A DNA stretch of 33,051 bases, taken from the IMG/VR virus record IMGVR_UViG_3300037790_000142, positions 1-33,051 of that record; one strand, written 5' to 3'. Below are positions 24,661 to 33,051 of the stretch, piece by piece. The position numbers were made by a program, and so were the translations under genes. How positions within the stretch are numbered: the stretch's first letter is position 1; every line of letters starts with the position of its first letter. This stretch comes from a virus. Lineage: Duplodnaviria > Caudoviricetes. The notes under the pieces were generated by a model. That model was not told where the DNA came from. It saw only the letters and a program-made list of their open reading frames with translations, and made no database searches.

Positions 24661-25587
24661 ATGGCCCGTTACGTCAAGAAGCTCGCGCTGCTCGCCAAGA
24701 TCGAGGGCACCTATGGTACGGACCCGACGCCCACGGGCGCCGCCAACGCCATCCAGGTGCTCGATGTCTCGTTCACCCCGCTCGAAGGCCAGGAAGAAAG
24801 CCGCGATATCGTCACGCCCTTCATGGGCCATCCCGGCGTAATCCTGACAGGCATTCACCAGATGATCGAGTTCGGCGTCGAGATAGCCGGCGCGGGTGCT
24901 GCCGGCGACGTGCCCGGCTATGGCGTGCTCTTGAGGTCCTGCGGGCTTTCGGAGACCGTGACCGAAGACACCGACGTGGTCTACGCGCCGGTGTCAGAAG
25001 GTTTCGAGGGCGCGACGCTCTACTATGTGCTCGACGGCGTCCGTCACATCATGCTCGGCTGCCGCGGCAACGTGACAATGGATTTCACGTCCAAGCGGAT
25101 CCCGCGCTTCCGCTTCCGCATGCTCGGCCTGCTCGGCACCGTGTCCGACCAGGCGCTGCCCGAGACCACCTTTACCGGTTTTGCAACGCCGGTTCCGGTT
25201 TCCAAGGCCAATACGACCTTCTCTCTGCATTCCTATGCGGGTGCTACCGAGAGCGTCAGCTTTGATCTCGGCAACCAGGTCGAGCCGCGGCTCGTCATCA
25301 ACCACGAGAGCATCGAGATCACCGATCGACGCGCCTCCGGCTCGGCCGTGATGGAGGCGACGACGCTTGCGACCAAGAACTGGCAGACGATCGCGCTCGG
25401 CCACACCGCCGGCGCGCTCGCACTGGCGCACGGTACTGCCGCCGGCAACATCGTCGAGATCGACGGCGGCCGCTCCCAGATCGGCCGCTATTCGGAATCC
25501 GTGAGCCAAGGGATCCTGCACAACACCCTGCCGCTGATGTTCAAGCCCGACGAGGGCGACGACGACATCCTGATCACTGTCAAGTAA
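24661..25587 (+). CDS. Tail tube (major tail) protein, non-contractile type
   Basis: LAKIEGTYGTDP, LLRSCGL, GCRGNV, FDLGNQV; GAGGA RBS; precedes chaperone/tape measure. Confidence 0.85.
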   Translation: MARYVKKLALLAKIEGTYGTDPTPTGAANAIQVLDVSFTPLEGQEESRDIVTPFMGHPGVILTGIHQMIEFGVEIAGAGAAGDVPGYGVLLRSCGLSETVTEDTDVVYAPVSEGFEGATLYYVLDGVRHIMLGCRGNVTMDFTSKRIPRFRFRMLGLLGTVSDQALPETTFTGFATPVPVSKANTTFSLHSYAGATESVSFDLGNQVEPRLVINHESIEITDRRASGSAVMEATTLATKNWQTIALGHTAGALALAHGTAAGNIVEIDGGRSQIGRYSESVSQGILHNTLPLMFKPDEGDDDILITVK

Positions 25588-25659
25588 GGCCGCTCAAGGC
25601 CCGTTCGAAACCCTTTCGAAGGCGGCTTGAAGCCGCCTTCCCAACTCCGGAGACCCGAC

Positions 25660-26025
25660 ATGAAGTTCACGCTCACCCGCAAGCATCTCTACTGGTGGCC
25701 GGTCAAGGTTGCGGTACCGCATCCGGACAAGGATCGCGCCGGCGAGCAGCTTGAGATGGAGTTCCGCATGCAGTTCGAAAGCCTGCCGCGCTCGGAGGCC
25801 GACCGGCTCGCCGAGCTGATGAAGGCCGACCCGTCCGCCCATGCCCATGCAGACATCCGCCTCGTCGCCCGCGACTGGGACGGGGTGGTCGACGACGATG
25901 GCGACGCGGTCGCCTTCACGGAAGAGGCGCTCGACGAATTCATGCAGATCTCCTGGTACCGGCTCGCGGTCTATCGCGCCTGGGGCGCGTCACTGGTGGG
26001 CGACGCGGCGCGGCTGGGAAACTGA
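25660..26025 (+). CDS. Tail assembly chaperone (lambda G-like)
   Basis: WWPVKV..P, DWDGVVDDDG..VAFT; ends at slippery G GGA AAC TGA. Confidence 0.85.
   Translation: MKFTLTRKHLYWWPVKVAVPHPDKDRAGEQLEMEFRMQFESLPRSEADRLAELMKADPSAHAHADIRLVARDWDGVVDDDGDAVAFTEEALDEFMQISWYRLAVYRAWGASLVGDAARLGN
26016..26022 (+). other. Programmed -1 frameshift site GGGAAAC
   Basis: X XXY YYZ heptamer immediately before stop; -1 frame open to 26387. Confidence 0.85.
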
Positions 26026-26387
26026 CAGAGGCCGCGACCGCCTGGGCTCTGGCCGCAAGCGGCAGGGCGGATGCGACGCGGCCGGCGACGATCGATGACG
26101 GGCAACGGGCCGAATTCGATGCACTCGGCGTGGCCCTGCCGGAACAGGATGAACAGGAAGACGATGCAGTCGAGATCTGGGACATCAACTGGCCGAGCTT
26201 CATGGCTTTTCTCGCCTGTGAAAACCAGTGGCGGGTTGCGGCCGGTTTCGGTTTCTTCGCCCGTCTCGGCCTGGAATGGCCCGCTGTCGACGTGCTTATC
26301 CGCCGGCGTTGCCTCTCGGACCGTGAATTCGAGGACCTTGTGGTGATGGAAGCGGCGGCGCTCGAAGTCTTCGCGGAGGACCGATGA
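26022..26387 (+). CDS. Frameshift extension of tail chaperone (lambda T-like, DUF1799-like)
   Basis: IWDINWPSFMAF...QWR..GLEWPAV...MEAAAL; no good own RBS. Confidence 0.8.
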   Translation: MTEAATAWALAASGRADATRPATIDDGQRAEFDALGVALPEQDEQEDDAVEIWDINWPSFMAFLACENQWRVAAGFGFFARLGLEWPAVDVLIRRRCLSDREFEDLVVMEAAALEVFAEDR

Positions 26388-28780
26388 TGGTGAACCCTCT
26401 AAAGGTCTCGCTACTGATCACCGCCAATTCCTCGGGCGTGGGCGCGGCTGTCGGAGAAACACGCCGGGAGGTCGAGGCTGTCGGTGACAGCGCGCGGGGC
26501 ACGCAAACCGAGCTGGACCGGCTGGAGAAGGCCAACGATGCCGCGGCCGTCGCCGCAAAGCGCGCAGGCGATGCAGCCCGAGGTCAGGCGGCGGCCGAGC
26601 GGGATCTGACCTCCGCCGTGGCATCCTTCGCCGGTATCCGTCGGGATCCCGGCGGAAGCGATTACGTTCGCCGGCAGGCCGACGTCGAAGCATATGGCGC
26701 GGCCCTCGACCAGCTCCGGGCGAAGTACAATCCGGTCTTTGCCGCCTCCAAGGCCTATGAGCGTGAACTCGGCGAGCTGAACAACGCGCTCCGGCTGGGC
26801 GCGATCACCGCCGACGAGCACGGCCGCGCGCTCGATCAGCTCAACCATCGCTACGCGGCAGCCGGCCAGGGCGCGCAGGCCTTCGCCGGACAGACCGGCA
26901 TGATGCGCATGCAGACGTCCAACCTGGCGTTTCAGATCCAGGATATCGGCACCATGATGGCGTCGGGACAGAACCCGTTCATTCTTCTCGCCCAGCAGCT
27001 GCCGCAGATCACCATGTATGGCGGACAGCTCGGCGGCGTGATGGGCGCCCTGCGCCAGACATTCGCCGGCCTGCTTTCGCCGCTCGGGCTGCTCACCACC
27101 GGCTTCGTACTCGCTGGCTCCGCGGCAATCTCCTATTTCTCCGATGCCGGCGACGAGGCCGACGCAGCGGCCGATGCGCTCGACGAACAGGCGGGACTGA
27201 TCAAGCGCGTGGCCGACGAATGGGGCAATGCCGTTCCGGAAATCAAGGCCTATGCCGACGAGCTGGAGCGGGCTCTGAGCGTTTCGGACCTTCGCGACGC
27301 GACCTCGGCGACGATCGATGCCAGGTTCTCAGAGGCGCGGGCCGACATCTCGGCGGTGCGCACCGAGATCGGAGAACTGATCAACGAAATGCGCCGGGCC
27401 GGCGAAACGAGCACGTCGGTTGACGCCATCCGGGATGCATTCAACCAGGCCGATCGGGCCGCTCAAGACCTGCGCGACGCCCAGAAGGAAGGCAGGGCGT
27501 CGGCCGAGGATGCCGAGCGCATCAACCGCGCGCTGGCGTCGCTGCTCGGCAACGAGTTTGTCTCGGGCTCCGACGACGCGGCGGCGGCGATCCGCCGCTA
27601 TGCCGACGCGCTGCGAGCCGCTGCGGATCAGGGCGCGCGCGTGGCTGGGAATGCCGCTGTGGCCGCCCTGGGCGACGCCGAACTCGGCGTCCTCGGCCGA
27701 GTGGGTCCGGTCTATTCGGATGGCGGACAATTCATAAACGAAGCCGAACTGCAAGACGTGCGTGCCGACGCTACGAAGTCGCAATACCAGATCGAGCAGG
27801 AACGCCTTGCAAGACGCACCCGCGCCCCGCGCAAGACTGAAGCCGAGCGCGCGGCCGAACGCTATGACGATATCGTCGGCAATGCCCAGGCCACGATCGC
27901 CGCCCAGCGGATGGAAGCCGAGGCCTACAGCATGACGGAGCTCGCAGCCGATCGGCTCCGGCAACAGCAACAGCTGCTCAACCAGGCGCGACAGGCCGAC
28001 ATCGCGCTGACACCGGAACAGACTGAAAAGCTCATGGCACTCGGGTCGACGCTCGCTGACGTGACAGCCGAGACCGAACGCCAGGGCGAGGTGCTGGCCG
28101 ATCGCAAGGCGATGTGGGGCGACGTGATCGGCGGGCTGCGAGAAGCGGCCCGCGACGGCAAGATCGAGCTGCAGGAGCTGGGCGACATCGGCCTGCGCGT
28201 CCTCGATCGGCTGATCGACAAGGTTCAGGTCGACCTGGTGGACGCGCTTTCCAATCTCGGTGGGTCGGGCGCGGGGAGCGGATCCGGCGGCGGTTGGCTG
28301 TCTTCGATCTTCGGCGCGATCTTCGGCGGCGGATTCGGCGGTGCGTCGACCCCGACCGGTGGCCAGTTCGGCTTGGCCGCATTCGGCGGCGTGGGGCTCT
28401 ATGATGTCGGCGGCTACACCGGCCCCGGTGGCAGGCTTCAGCCGGCCGGCACGGTCCACCGCGACGAATATGTGTTCTCGTCGCCGGCGGTCCGCTCGAT
28501 CGGCGTGAGCCGGCTCGACCGGATGCACAAGGCCGCCAAGGCCGGACGCGGCTTTGACGACGGCGGATGGACCGGCGGCGGGCTCGATGACCGGCCGGGC
28601 AGCCAGGCGCGCTCCCAGCGGGCATTTGAGTTTCATCAGACCAATCATTTCTCGGGCGCGGTGACGCCCGAAGAGATTGCCCGCGCGATCGAGGCCGGCA
28701 CCGAAAGCGCCGTTTCCCGCGCCCGCGACGAATTCCAGGTCAATTTCAAACGCAACGACAGCTACGGGATGCTCGACTGA
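26384..28780 (+). CDS. Tail tape measure protein
   Basis: 798 aa Ala-rich helical; NLAFQIQDI..GQNPF..QQLPQI; GGYTGPGG..PAGTVHRDEYV. Confidence 0.93.
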   Translation: MMVNPLKVSLLITANSSGVGAAVGETRREVEAVGDSARGTQTELDRLEKANDAAAVAAKRAGDAARGQAAAERDLTSAVASFAGIRRDPGGSDYVRRQADVEAYGAALDQLRAKYNPVFAASKAYERELGELNNALRLGAITADEHGRALDQLNHRYAAAGQGAQAFAGQTGMMRMQTSNLAFQIQDIGTMMASGQNPFILLAQQLPQITMYGGQLGGVMGALRQTFAGLLSPLGLLTTGFVLAGSAAISYFSDAGDEADAAADALDEQAGLIKRVADEWGNAVPEIKAYADELERALSVSDLRDATSATIDARFSEARADISAVRTEIGELINEMRRAGETSTSVDAIRDAFNQADRAAQDLRDAQKEGRASAEDAERINRALASLLGNEFVSGSDDAAAAIRRYADALRAAADQGARVAGNAAVAALGDAELGVLGRVGPVYSDGGQFINEAELQDVRADATKSQYQIEQERLARRTRAPRKTEAERAAERYDDIVGNAQATIAAQRMEAEAYSMTELAADRLRQQQQLLNQARQADIALTPEQTEKLMALGSTLADVTAETERQGEVLADRKAMWGDVIGGLREAARDGKIELQELGDIGLRVLDRLIDKVQVDLVDALSNLGGSGAGSGSGGGWLSSIFGAIFGGGFGGASTPTGGQFGLAAFGGVGLYDVGGYTGPGGRLQPAGTVHRDEYVFSSPAVRSIGVSRLDRMHKAAKAGRGFDDGGWTGGGLDDRPGSQARSQRAFEFHQTNHFSGAVTPEEIARAIEAGTESAVSRARDEFQVNFKRNDSYGMLD

Positions 28781-29439
28781 TGCCCGTGACCGTCCTGCCA
28801 TTTCCGGACCTGCCGTTCGAAGCATTCGACCTGGAGCCTGTCTCCACCCAGGAGGTCTCTCCGATGGAGGGCCGCGCCACCGAGACGGCGGATTTCGATA
28901 CGCCATACTGGCGGCTCACAAGCGCCCGCACGCCCAAGCTCAACAACGGCGAGCTTGATATCGTCGACGCGTTCTTCATGCGCGCGGCGCTAGGTTCGAC
29001 CGTGTTCGAATGCCACGACGTCTACCGGCCTCGGCCGAGGGCCTATGGCGCATCGCCGCTCTCGGGCACGAGGGCGGGCGGCGGCGCGTTTGACGGGACC
29101 GCGACCCTGTCGGCCGTCACGGACAGCCGCACGATCGTGGTCTCCTCGCTTCCTGCGGAATTCGCGTTTGAGCTGGGGGCGATGGTCGAGATCCGCAGAT
29201 CCTCGACGGTCCGCTCGCTGCACCGGATCATGGAGGCGGCAACGGCCAACGAGAGCGGCGTGGTCACGCTGTCGATCCTGTTTCCGCTCGACACGCAAGT
29301 CTTCACGACCGCCAACTCGATCGTCAATTTCGAGCGGCCGAGCTGCCTGATGAAGCTCGATCCCGGCGCGAGCGCGCCCAAGGCCCGCGCCGATCGGCGC
29401 GCCCGGTTCTCGGCCAGGGAGATCTTCCCCAATGGCTAG
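28780..29439 (+). CDS. Distal tail protein (putative)
   Basis: Directly after tape measure, TGATG coupling, beta-rich 219 aa. Confidence 0.7.
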   Translation: MPVTVLPFPDLPFEAFDLEPVSTQEVSPMEGRATETADFDTPYWRLTSARTPKLNNGELDIVDAFFMRAALGSTVFECHDVYRPRPRAYGASPLSGTRAGGGAFDGTATLSAVTDSRTIVVSSLPAEFAFELGAMVEIRRSSTVRSLHRIMEAATANESGVVTLSILFPLDTQVFTTANSIVNFERPSCLMKLDPGASAPKARADRRARFSAREIFPNG

Positions 29440-30037
29440 TCTCGATCCCACCCTGCAAGCCCAGGTCGATTCCGGCGAACTGAGGATCCTGCCGCTCGTC
29501 CGCTTCGAGCTGACCGGCAGCGGCGAGACGCCCGACACTGTGGTCGGCTACCATCCCGGCGGCCGGCCGTTCACCTGGTCGGGGCTGACCTATAAGCCAA
29601 ATCGCTTCCTCGCGCCCGAAGGCCTGTCCGAGGGGCTTGGCAACGAGATCGCCGAACTCTCGCTCAAATTCTCGAAAGTCCCAACCGACAACGCCGACGA
29701 TGCCATCGCCTCGATCGAGAATTTCAACTACATCGGCGCGCCGGTGACCATCGCCTATCTCGGCGGCGACCCGACGACGGACCAAGTCCATGGCGTGCTG
29801 CTGACGCGGTTTTACCGCATCGCGGACGTCAGGTTTGCGAAGGGCAAGGTTGAAAAGAACGGGGTGCGGACTGTCTCGCTCGACATCACGCTCAAGTCGC
29901 GCGCAGCCAGGCTCAAGGACATCACCCACGCCAAGGCGTCGACAGCCGACCAGCAGCACCACAACGACGCGACAGACACGTTCTACGACTATGTGGGGAC
30001 GGCGGCGGAGTGGCCGGTGGAGTTCGGCCAGCGATGA
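29432..30037 (+). CDS. Minor tail/hub protein (putative)
   Basis: Position; FTWSGLTY, DQQ....D.FYDYV..WPVEFG. Confidence 0.68.
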   Translation: MASLDPTLQAQVDSGELRILPLVRFELTGSGETPDTVVGYHPGGRPFTWSGLTYKPNRFLAPEGLSEGLGNEIAELSLKFSKVPTDNADDAIASIENFNYIGAPVTIAYLGGDPTTDQVHGVLLTRFYRIADVRFAKGKVEKNGVRTVSLDITLKSRAARLKDITHAKASTADQQHHNDATDTFYDYVGTAAEWPVEFGQR

Positions 30038-30462
30038 CGGCGACGCTCACCCTTTCCGCCAGGGCGGCGATCACGGCGCGCATTCTCCGCGAGGCGAAGG
30101 CTGCGCCTTACGCCTATGGCGTCAACGACTGTTTCTTCCTCGGCCTCCGTCAGATCGACGCACTGCGCAGGACTGCTTACGAGGCCGCCCACGCCGGCGC
30201 ATATTCGACCTTGTCAGGGGCCAACCGGGCGCTGAGGCGGCGCGGGCACACGAGCCTTGCGACCTATTTCATGGCTCTCGGCGAGCAGGATGGCTGGGGA
30301 CCGATTGCCTGGGGCTCGGCGCGGATCGGCGATGTCGCCGTGATCGAGATCGACGGGGCCGAGCATGTCGGCATCCATGGCGGGCGCGCCTGGCAGTCGA
30401 TCACCGAGGCCGGGCCGGCGCATTGGGATCTCTGCCGTGCCATCCAGGCGTTCAAGGTGTAG
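30034..30462 (+). CDS. NlpC/P60-like tail-associated protein (DUF6950-like)
   Basis: YAYGVNDCF (Cys), ARIGDVA, HVGI (His); lambda K-equivalent position. Confidence 0.78.
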   Translation: MTATLTLSARAAITARILREAKAAPYAYGVNDCFFLGLRQIDALRRTAYEAAHAGAYSTLSGANRALRRRGHTSLATYFMALGEQDGWGPIAWGSARIGDVAVIEIDGAEHVGIHGGRAWQSITEAGPAHWDLCRAIQAFKV

Positions 30463-30465
30463 GCG

Positions 30466-33051
30466 ATGGCGATCTTCACACTCATTGGCGGGGCTATCGG
30501 GGGCGCGCTGTTTGGCGCGGGCTCACTGGCCGCATCTATCGCCGGATCGATCATAACGGGCGCACTCGGCATCGGCGCGCAGCTGGCCCTGTCCTACCGC
30601 AAGCGGCCCAGGCCGCAGGCGCAGACGGCGATCCGCGGCCAGGTGCGTGTTGGCGCGGGTCTCGATTGCGCAATCCTGATGGGCGAGGACAAGGTCAAGG
30701 GTCAGCTGGTCTATTATGCCAAATGGGGCTCGGGCAACTCGCGCAACGCCTATGTGAAAAAACTGGCCGATGGCTGGTGTGAGGGGTTGGCGCCGTGGGT
30801 CTATGTCTATGGCGAGCGCGTCGACCTGGTCACCCAGGTGCCGGTCGGCAACGAGGCGGCACGCTACACGCTCGACGGCTGGGGCGACGCGATCGTGTTG
30901 AGGGTCTATGACGGCAGGCCCGGCCAGCTTGCCGACAGCGAACTGGTCGCGGCGACAGCGGCACTCGACACGCCCTGGCCATCGACCGCGCGCGGAACGA
31001 ACATCTGTTATGTCGTCGAGGATCAGACCTACGACGCTGCCAAATTCGCCCGCGGCCTGCCCGAGATCACCTATGTGCTGCGCGGATTGCGCGAATATGA
31101 TGCTCGCAAGGATGATACGGTTTCGGGTGGAGAGGGCGACCACCGCCTCAACGATCCCTCGACGTGGGAGTTCAGCCAGAACAACGCCGTTCACCGGTTC
31201 AATTATCTTCTCGGCCTTCGGGGCGTCCTGTCGGGCGAAGTCATGGTCGGCGTCGGCAAGGAAGTCGACGAAATCGACCTCGCCATGCACATGGCTGCCG
31301 CCACTGTGTGCGATGCAGAGCGCACAGTCAGCGGCCGCACGATCCCGACCTATCATTGCAACCAATGGGCCTCGGCCGGCGACGATCACCTCGCAATCCT
31401 GAAAAACATAGAGGACGCGATGGCGGGCTACGCGGTCAACGCCTCGGGGCTCGACGGCGTGCTCGCCGGCGCGCCGCAGATCCCGGTGCGCGAGATCACG
31501 GCCGATGACATCCGCCCCGACGAGGAGATCACCGGCCAGAACCGCCGGCGCGATGACGAAGGGTTCAACGTGCTCTCGGGTCAGTTCTCCGAGCCCGAGA
31601 CCGGCTTCGAGCCCGAAGGCCTGAAGACGGTTTCCGTCAATGCCGACGTTGAGCTGGACGGCCGCAAACGGCTTGCTGCCAACGACTTCCTGCAGGTGAG
31701 CGACCGTGACATCGCGCAATACCTCCTGAACATCCGGTACCGGCAAAACCGGAAGGCCGCGCGCCGGTCGGTCCCGGTCAGCCGCGCAGTCGGTTTCGGC
31801 GTCGAGAACGGTGAATGGGTAACGCTGGAAGGCAAGGACTGGCTGGTCGTAAACAAGGGCTTCGACCGCCGCCTGCGCTATAGGCTTCAGCTCGCCGAAA
31901 CCGGATCGGATGTCTATGACGAGGAAGGCATCGAGGCAGGTCCTGTGGTGACGCCGCGGACTTCGCCGGTCAACCCTTCGCTGATCTCCACCGTTGCGAA
32001 TTTCAATGTCGCTGCCGGGCTGATCACCGGGACCAATGGCGCGCAGATCCCGGCGCTTGAATTCACGTGGGATGATCCCGAAGACCCGACGATCACCGAA
32101 GTGCGGATTTTCTACCGGCAGGTCGGAGACAGTGGCAACGGGCTGCCTGCCGTTGCGACGGATGTCGCCTCCGGCGCTTTGATTGAGCCTAAAGGTGTGC
32201 AGTCGGGTATCGCCTACGAAGCACGCGCCACGATCACGACGCGGCCCGACCGGCTCAAGACCTTCACCTCCTGGGTGACGACAACTGAGGCGACCGTGCC
32301 CTTGCAGGTGATCCTCGGAGAGGTAGCGGCAGACGTCGCCGGCACGCTTGAGAGCTTGCGGGCCGATCACAATAGCCTGCGTGCGCTGGTGACGGATCTG
32401 GCCGATACGGTTTCGGGCGCGGGGCTCTCGAACCGGTTGACGCTGGGCCGCGTTCAAACCCGCGTCGGCACGGCGGAGGCGACGGTCAAGAGCGAGATCA
32501 TCACGCGGGCTTCGGAGGTGGCGGCGATCGGTGGCCAGATCACGGAAATCAATGCGAGCCTGATAAGCGCCACCAGTCAGATCGAAGGCAATGCCAACGC
32601 GATCAGCATCACCCAATCGGAGGTGACCGATCTCGACGGCGTCGTCACGGCGCTATCTGTGGACCTGACCTCCGTCGAAGCCCAGGTCGATGACGCAACC
32701 GCCGGTGGCTACTACAAGATCGAAGCTTCAGCAGGGACCGGCGACGTAGAAGTTACCGCGACCACGTACCTGCGGGCCACCCTTGGTGGTGATGCCATCG
32801 AAGTGGGTCAGCGGCACGAAATTTATATCGAAGGCGGAGAGCTGAAAGGCCGTACGGTTAATATTGCTGATCAGCAGGTGTGGGTAACATCCGAAGGTGA
32901 CGTCTTAGCCGTGATCGGAGAAGACGAAGACGGCCTAGTTCTTCAGAACATCCGAGTGGGCGTCGTGACATTCGATCAGCTTTCGAGCGCAAACGGCAAA
33001 CTGGTGCTCAAGGGCTCTGGTGACGATGCCTCTATCGAGGTGTTCTCCTGA
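30466..33051 (+). CDS. Tail tip/host-specificity protein (lambda J-like)
   Basis: 861 aa; LRGLREYDARKD, TWEFSQN; FN3-like segment, coiled coil, C-terminal beta domain. Confidence 0.85.
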   Translation: MAIFTLIGGAIGGALFGAGSLAASIAGSIITGALGIGAQLALSYRKRPRPQAQTAIRGQVRVGAGLDCAILMGEDKVKGQLVYYAKWGSGNSRNAYVKKLADGWCEGLAPWVYVYGERVDLVTQVPVGNEAARYTLDGWGDAIVLRVYDGRPGQLADSELVAATAALDTPWPSTARGTNICYVVEDQTYDAAKFARGLPEITYVLRGLREYDARKDDTVSGGEGDHRLNDPSTWEFSQNNAVHRFNYLLGLRGVLSGEVMVGVGKEVDEIDLAMHMAAATVCDAERTVSGRTIPTYHCNQWASAGDDHLAILKNIEDAMAGYAVNASGLDGVLAGAPQIPVREITADDIRPDEEITGQNRRRDDEGFNVLSGQFSEPETGFEPEGLKTVSVNADVELDGRKRLAANDFLQVSDRDIAQYLLNIRYRQNRKAARRSVPVSRAVGFGVENGEWVTLEGKDWLVVNKGFDRRLRYRLQLAETGSDVYDEEGIEAGPVVTPRTSPVNPSLISTVANFNVAAGLITGTNGAQIPALEFTWDDPEDPTITEVRIFYRQVGDSGNGLPAVATDVASGALIEPKGVQSGIAYEARATITTRPDRLKTFTSWVTTTEATVPLQVILGEVAADVAGTLESLRADHNSLRALVTDLADTVSGAGLSNRLTLGRVQTRVGTAEATVKSEIITRASEVAAIGGQITEINASLISATSQIEGNANAISITQSEVTDLDGVVTALSVDLTSVEAQVDDATAGGYYKIEASAGTGDVEVTATTYLRATLGGDAIEVGQRHEIYIEGGELKGRTVNIADQQVWVTSEGDVLAVIGEDEDGLVLQNIRVGVVTFDQLSSANGKLVLKGSGDDASIEVFS

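Larger units (their letters stand above)
1..33051. mobile_element. Mu-like transposable prophage (partial; both att ends outside window), siphovirus-type tail
   Basis: Mu gene order: repressor<-/ner->, DDE transposase, AAA ATPase, gemA, mor, lysis, gp26-gp30-like, I, T, gp36, tail; many TGATG/ATGA overlaps; no sheath gene. Confidence 0.96.

Noticed and set aside
30523-32616. Long minus-strand ORFs (also 14881-16497, 21292-22935, 27329-28906)
   Set aside because: Antisense shadows of high-GC3 genes; no motifs or RBS, and fully opposite well-supported structural genes
1-33051. CRISPR array, tRNA/rRNA, DGR, gin/mom, att ends
   Set aside because: No repeat-spacer array, RNA gene, reverse transcriptase or invertase seen; the window begins and ends at gene stops, so the ends cannot be assessed

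Overview
The whole window is most of a Mu-like (transposable) prophage with a non-contractile, siphovirus-type tail. It is probably from a GC-rich alphaproteobacterium (Rhizobiales-like; inferred from gene content, not proven). It runs from the stop codon of a divergent S24-peptidase repressor, through ner, an inserted DnaA-domain-IV/ParB/clamp-motif module, MuA, MuB, semi-essential genes, gemA and a Mor/C activator. It continues through lysis, terminase, portal, F, protease I/Z, capsid T, neck, tail tube, frameshifted chaperones and tape measure to the tail-tip genes. Neither att end is in the window. The least explained signals are: (1) a 27-bp near-perfect palindrome inside the ParB-like gene; (2) dispersed arrays of YTYRAR hexamers phased at 11 bp; (3) two copies of a 22-bp palindrome plus an identically spaced -10 box before the lysis and head operons; (4) an antisense moron spanned by a sense ORF that is TGATG-coupled at both ends; (5) recurring beta-clamp-like and ClpX-like short motifs. 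All family calls are from motif recognition and gene order; no database search was run.
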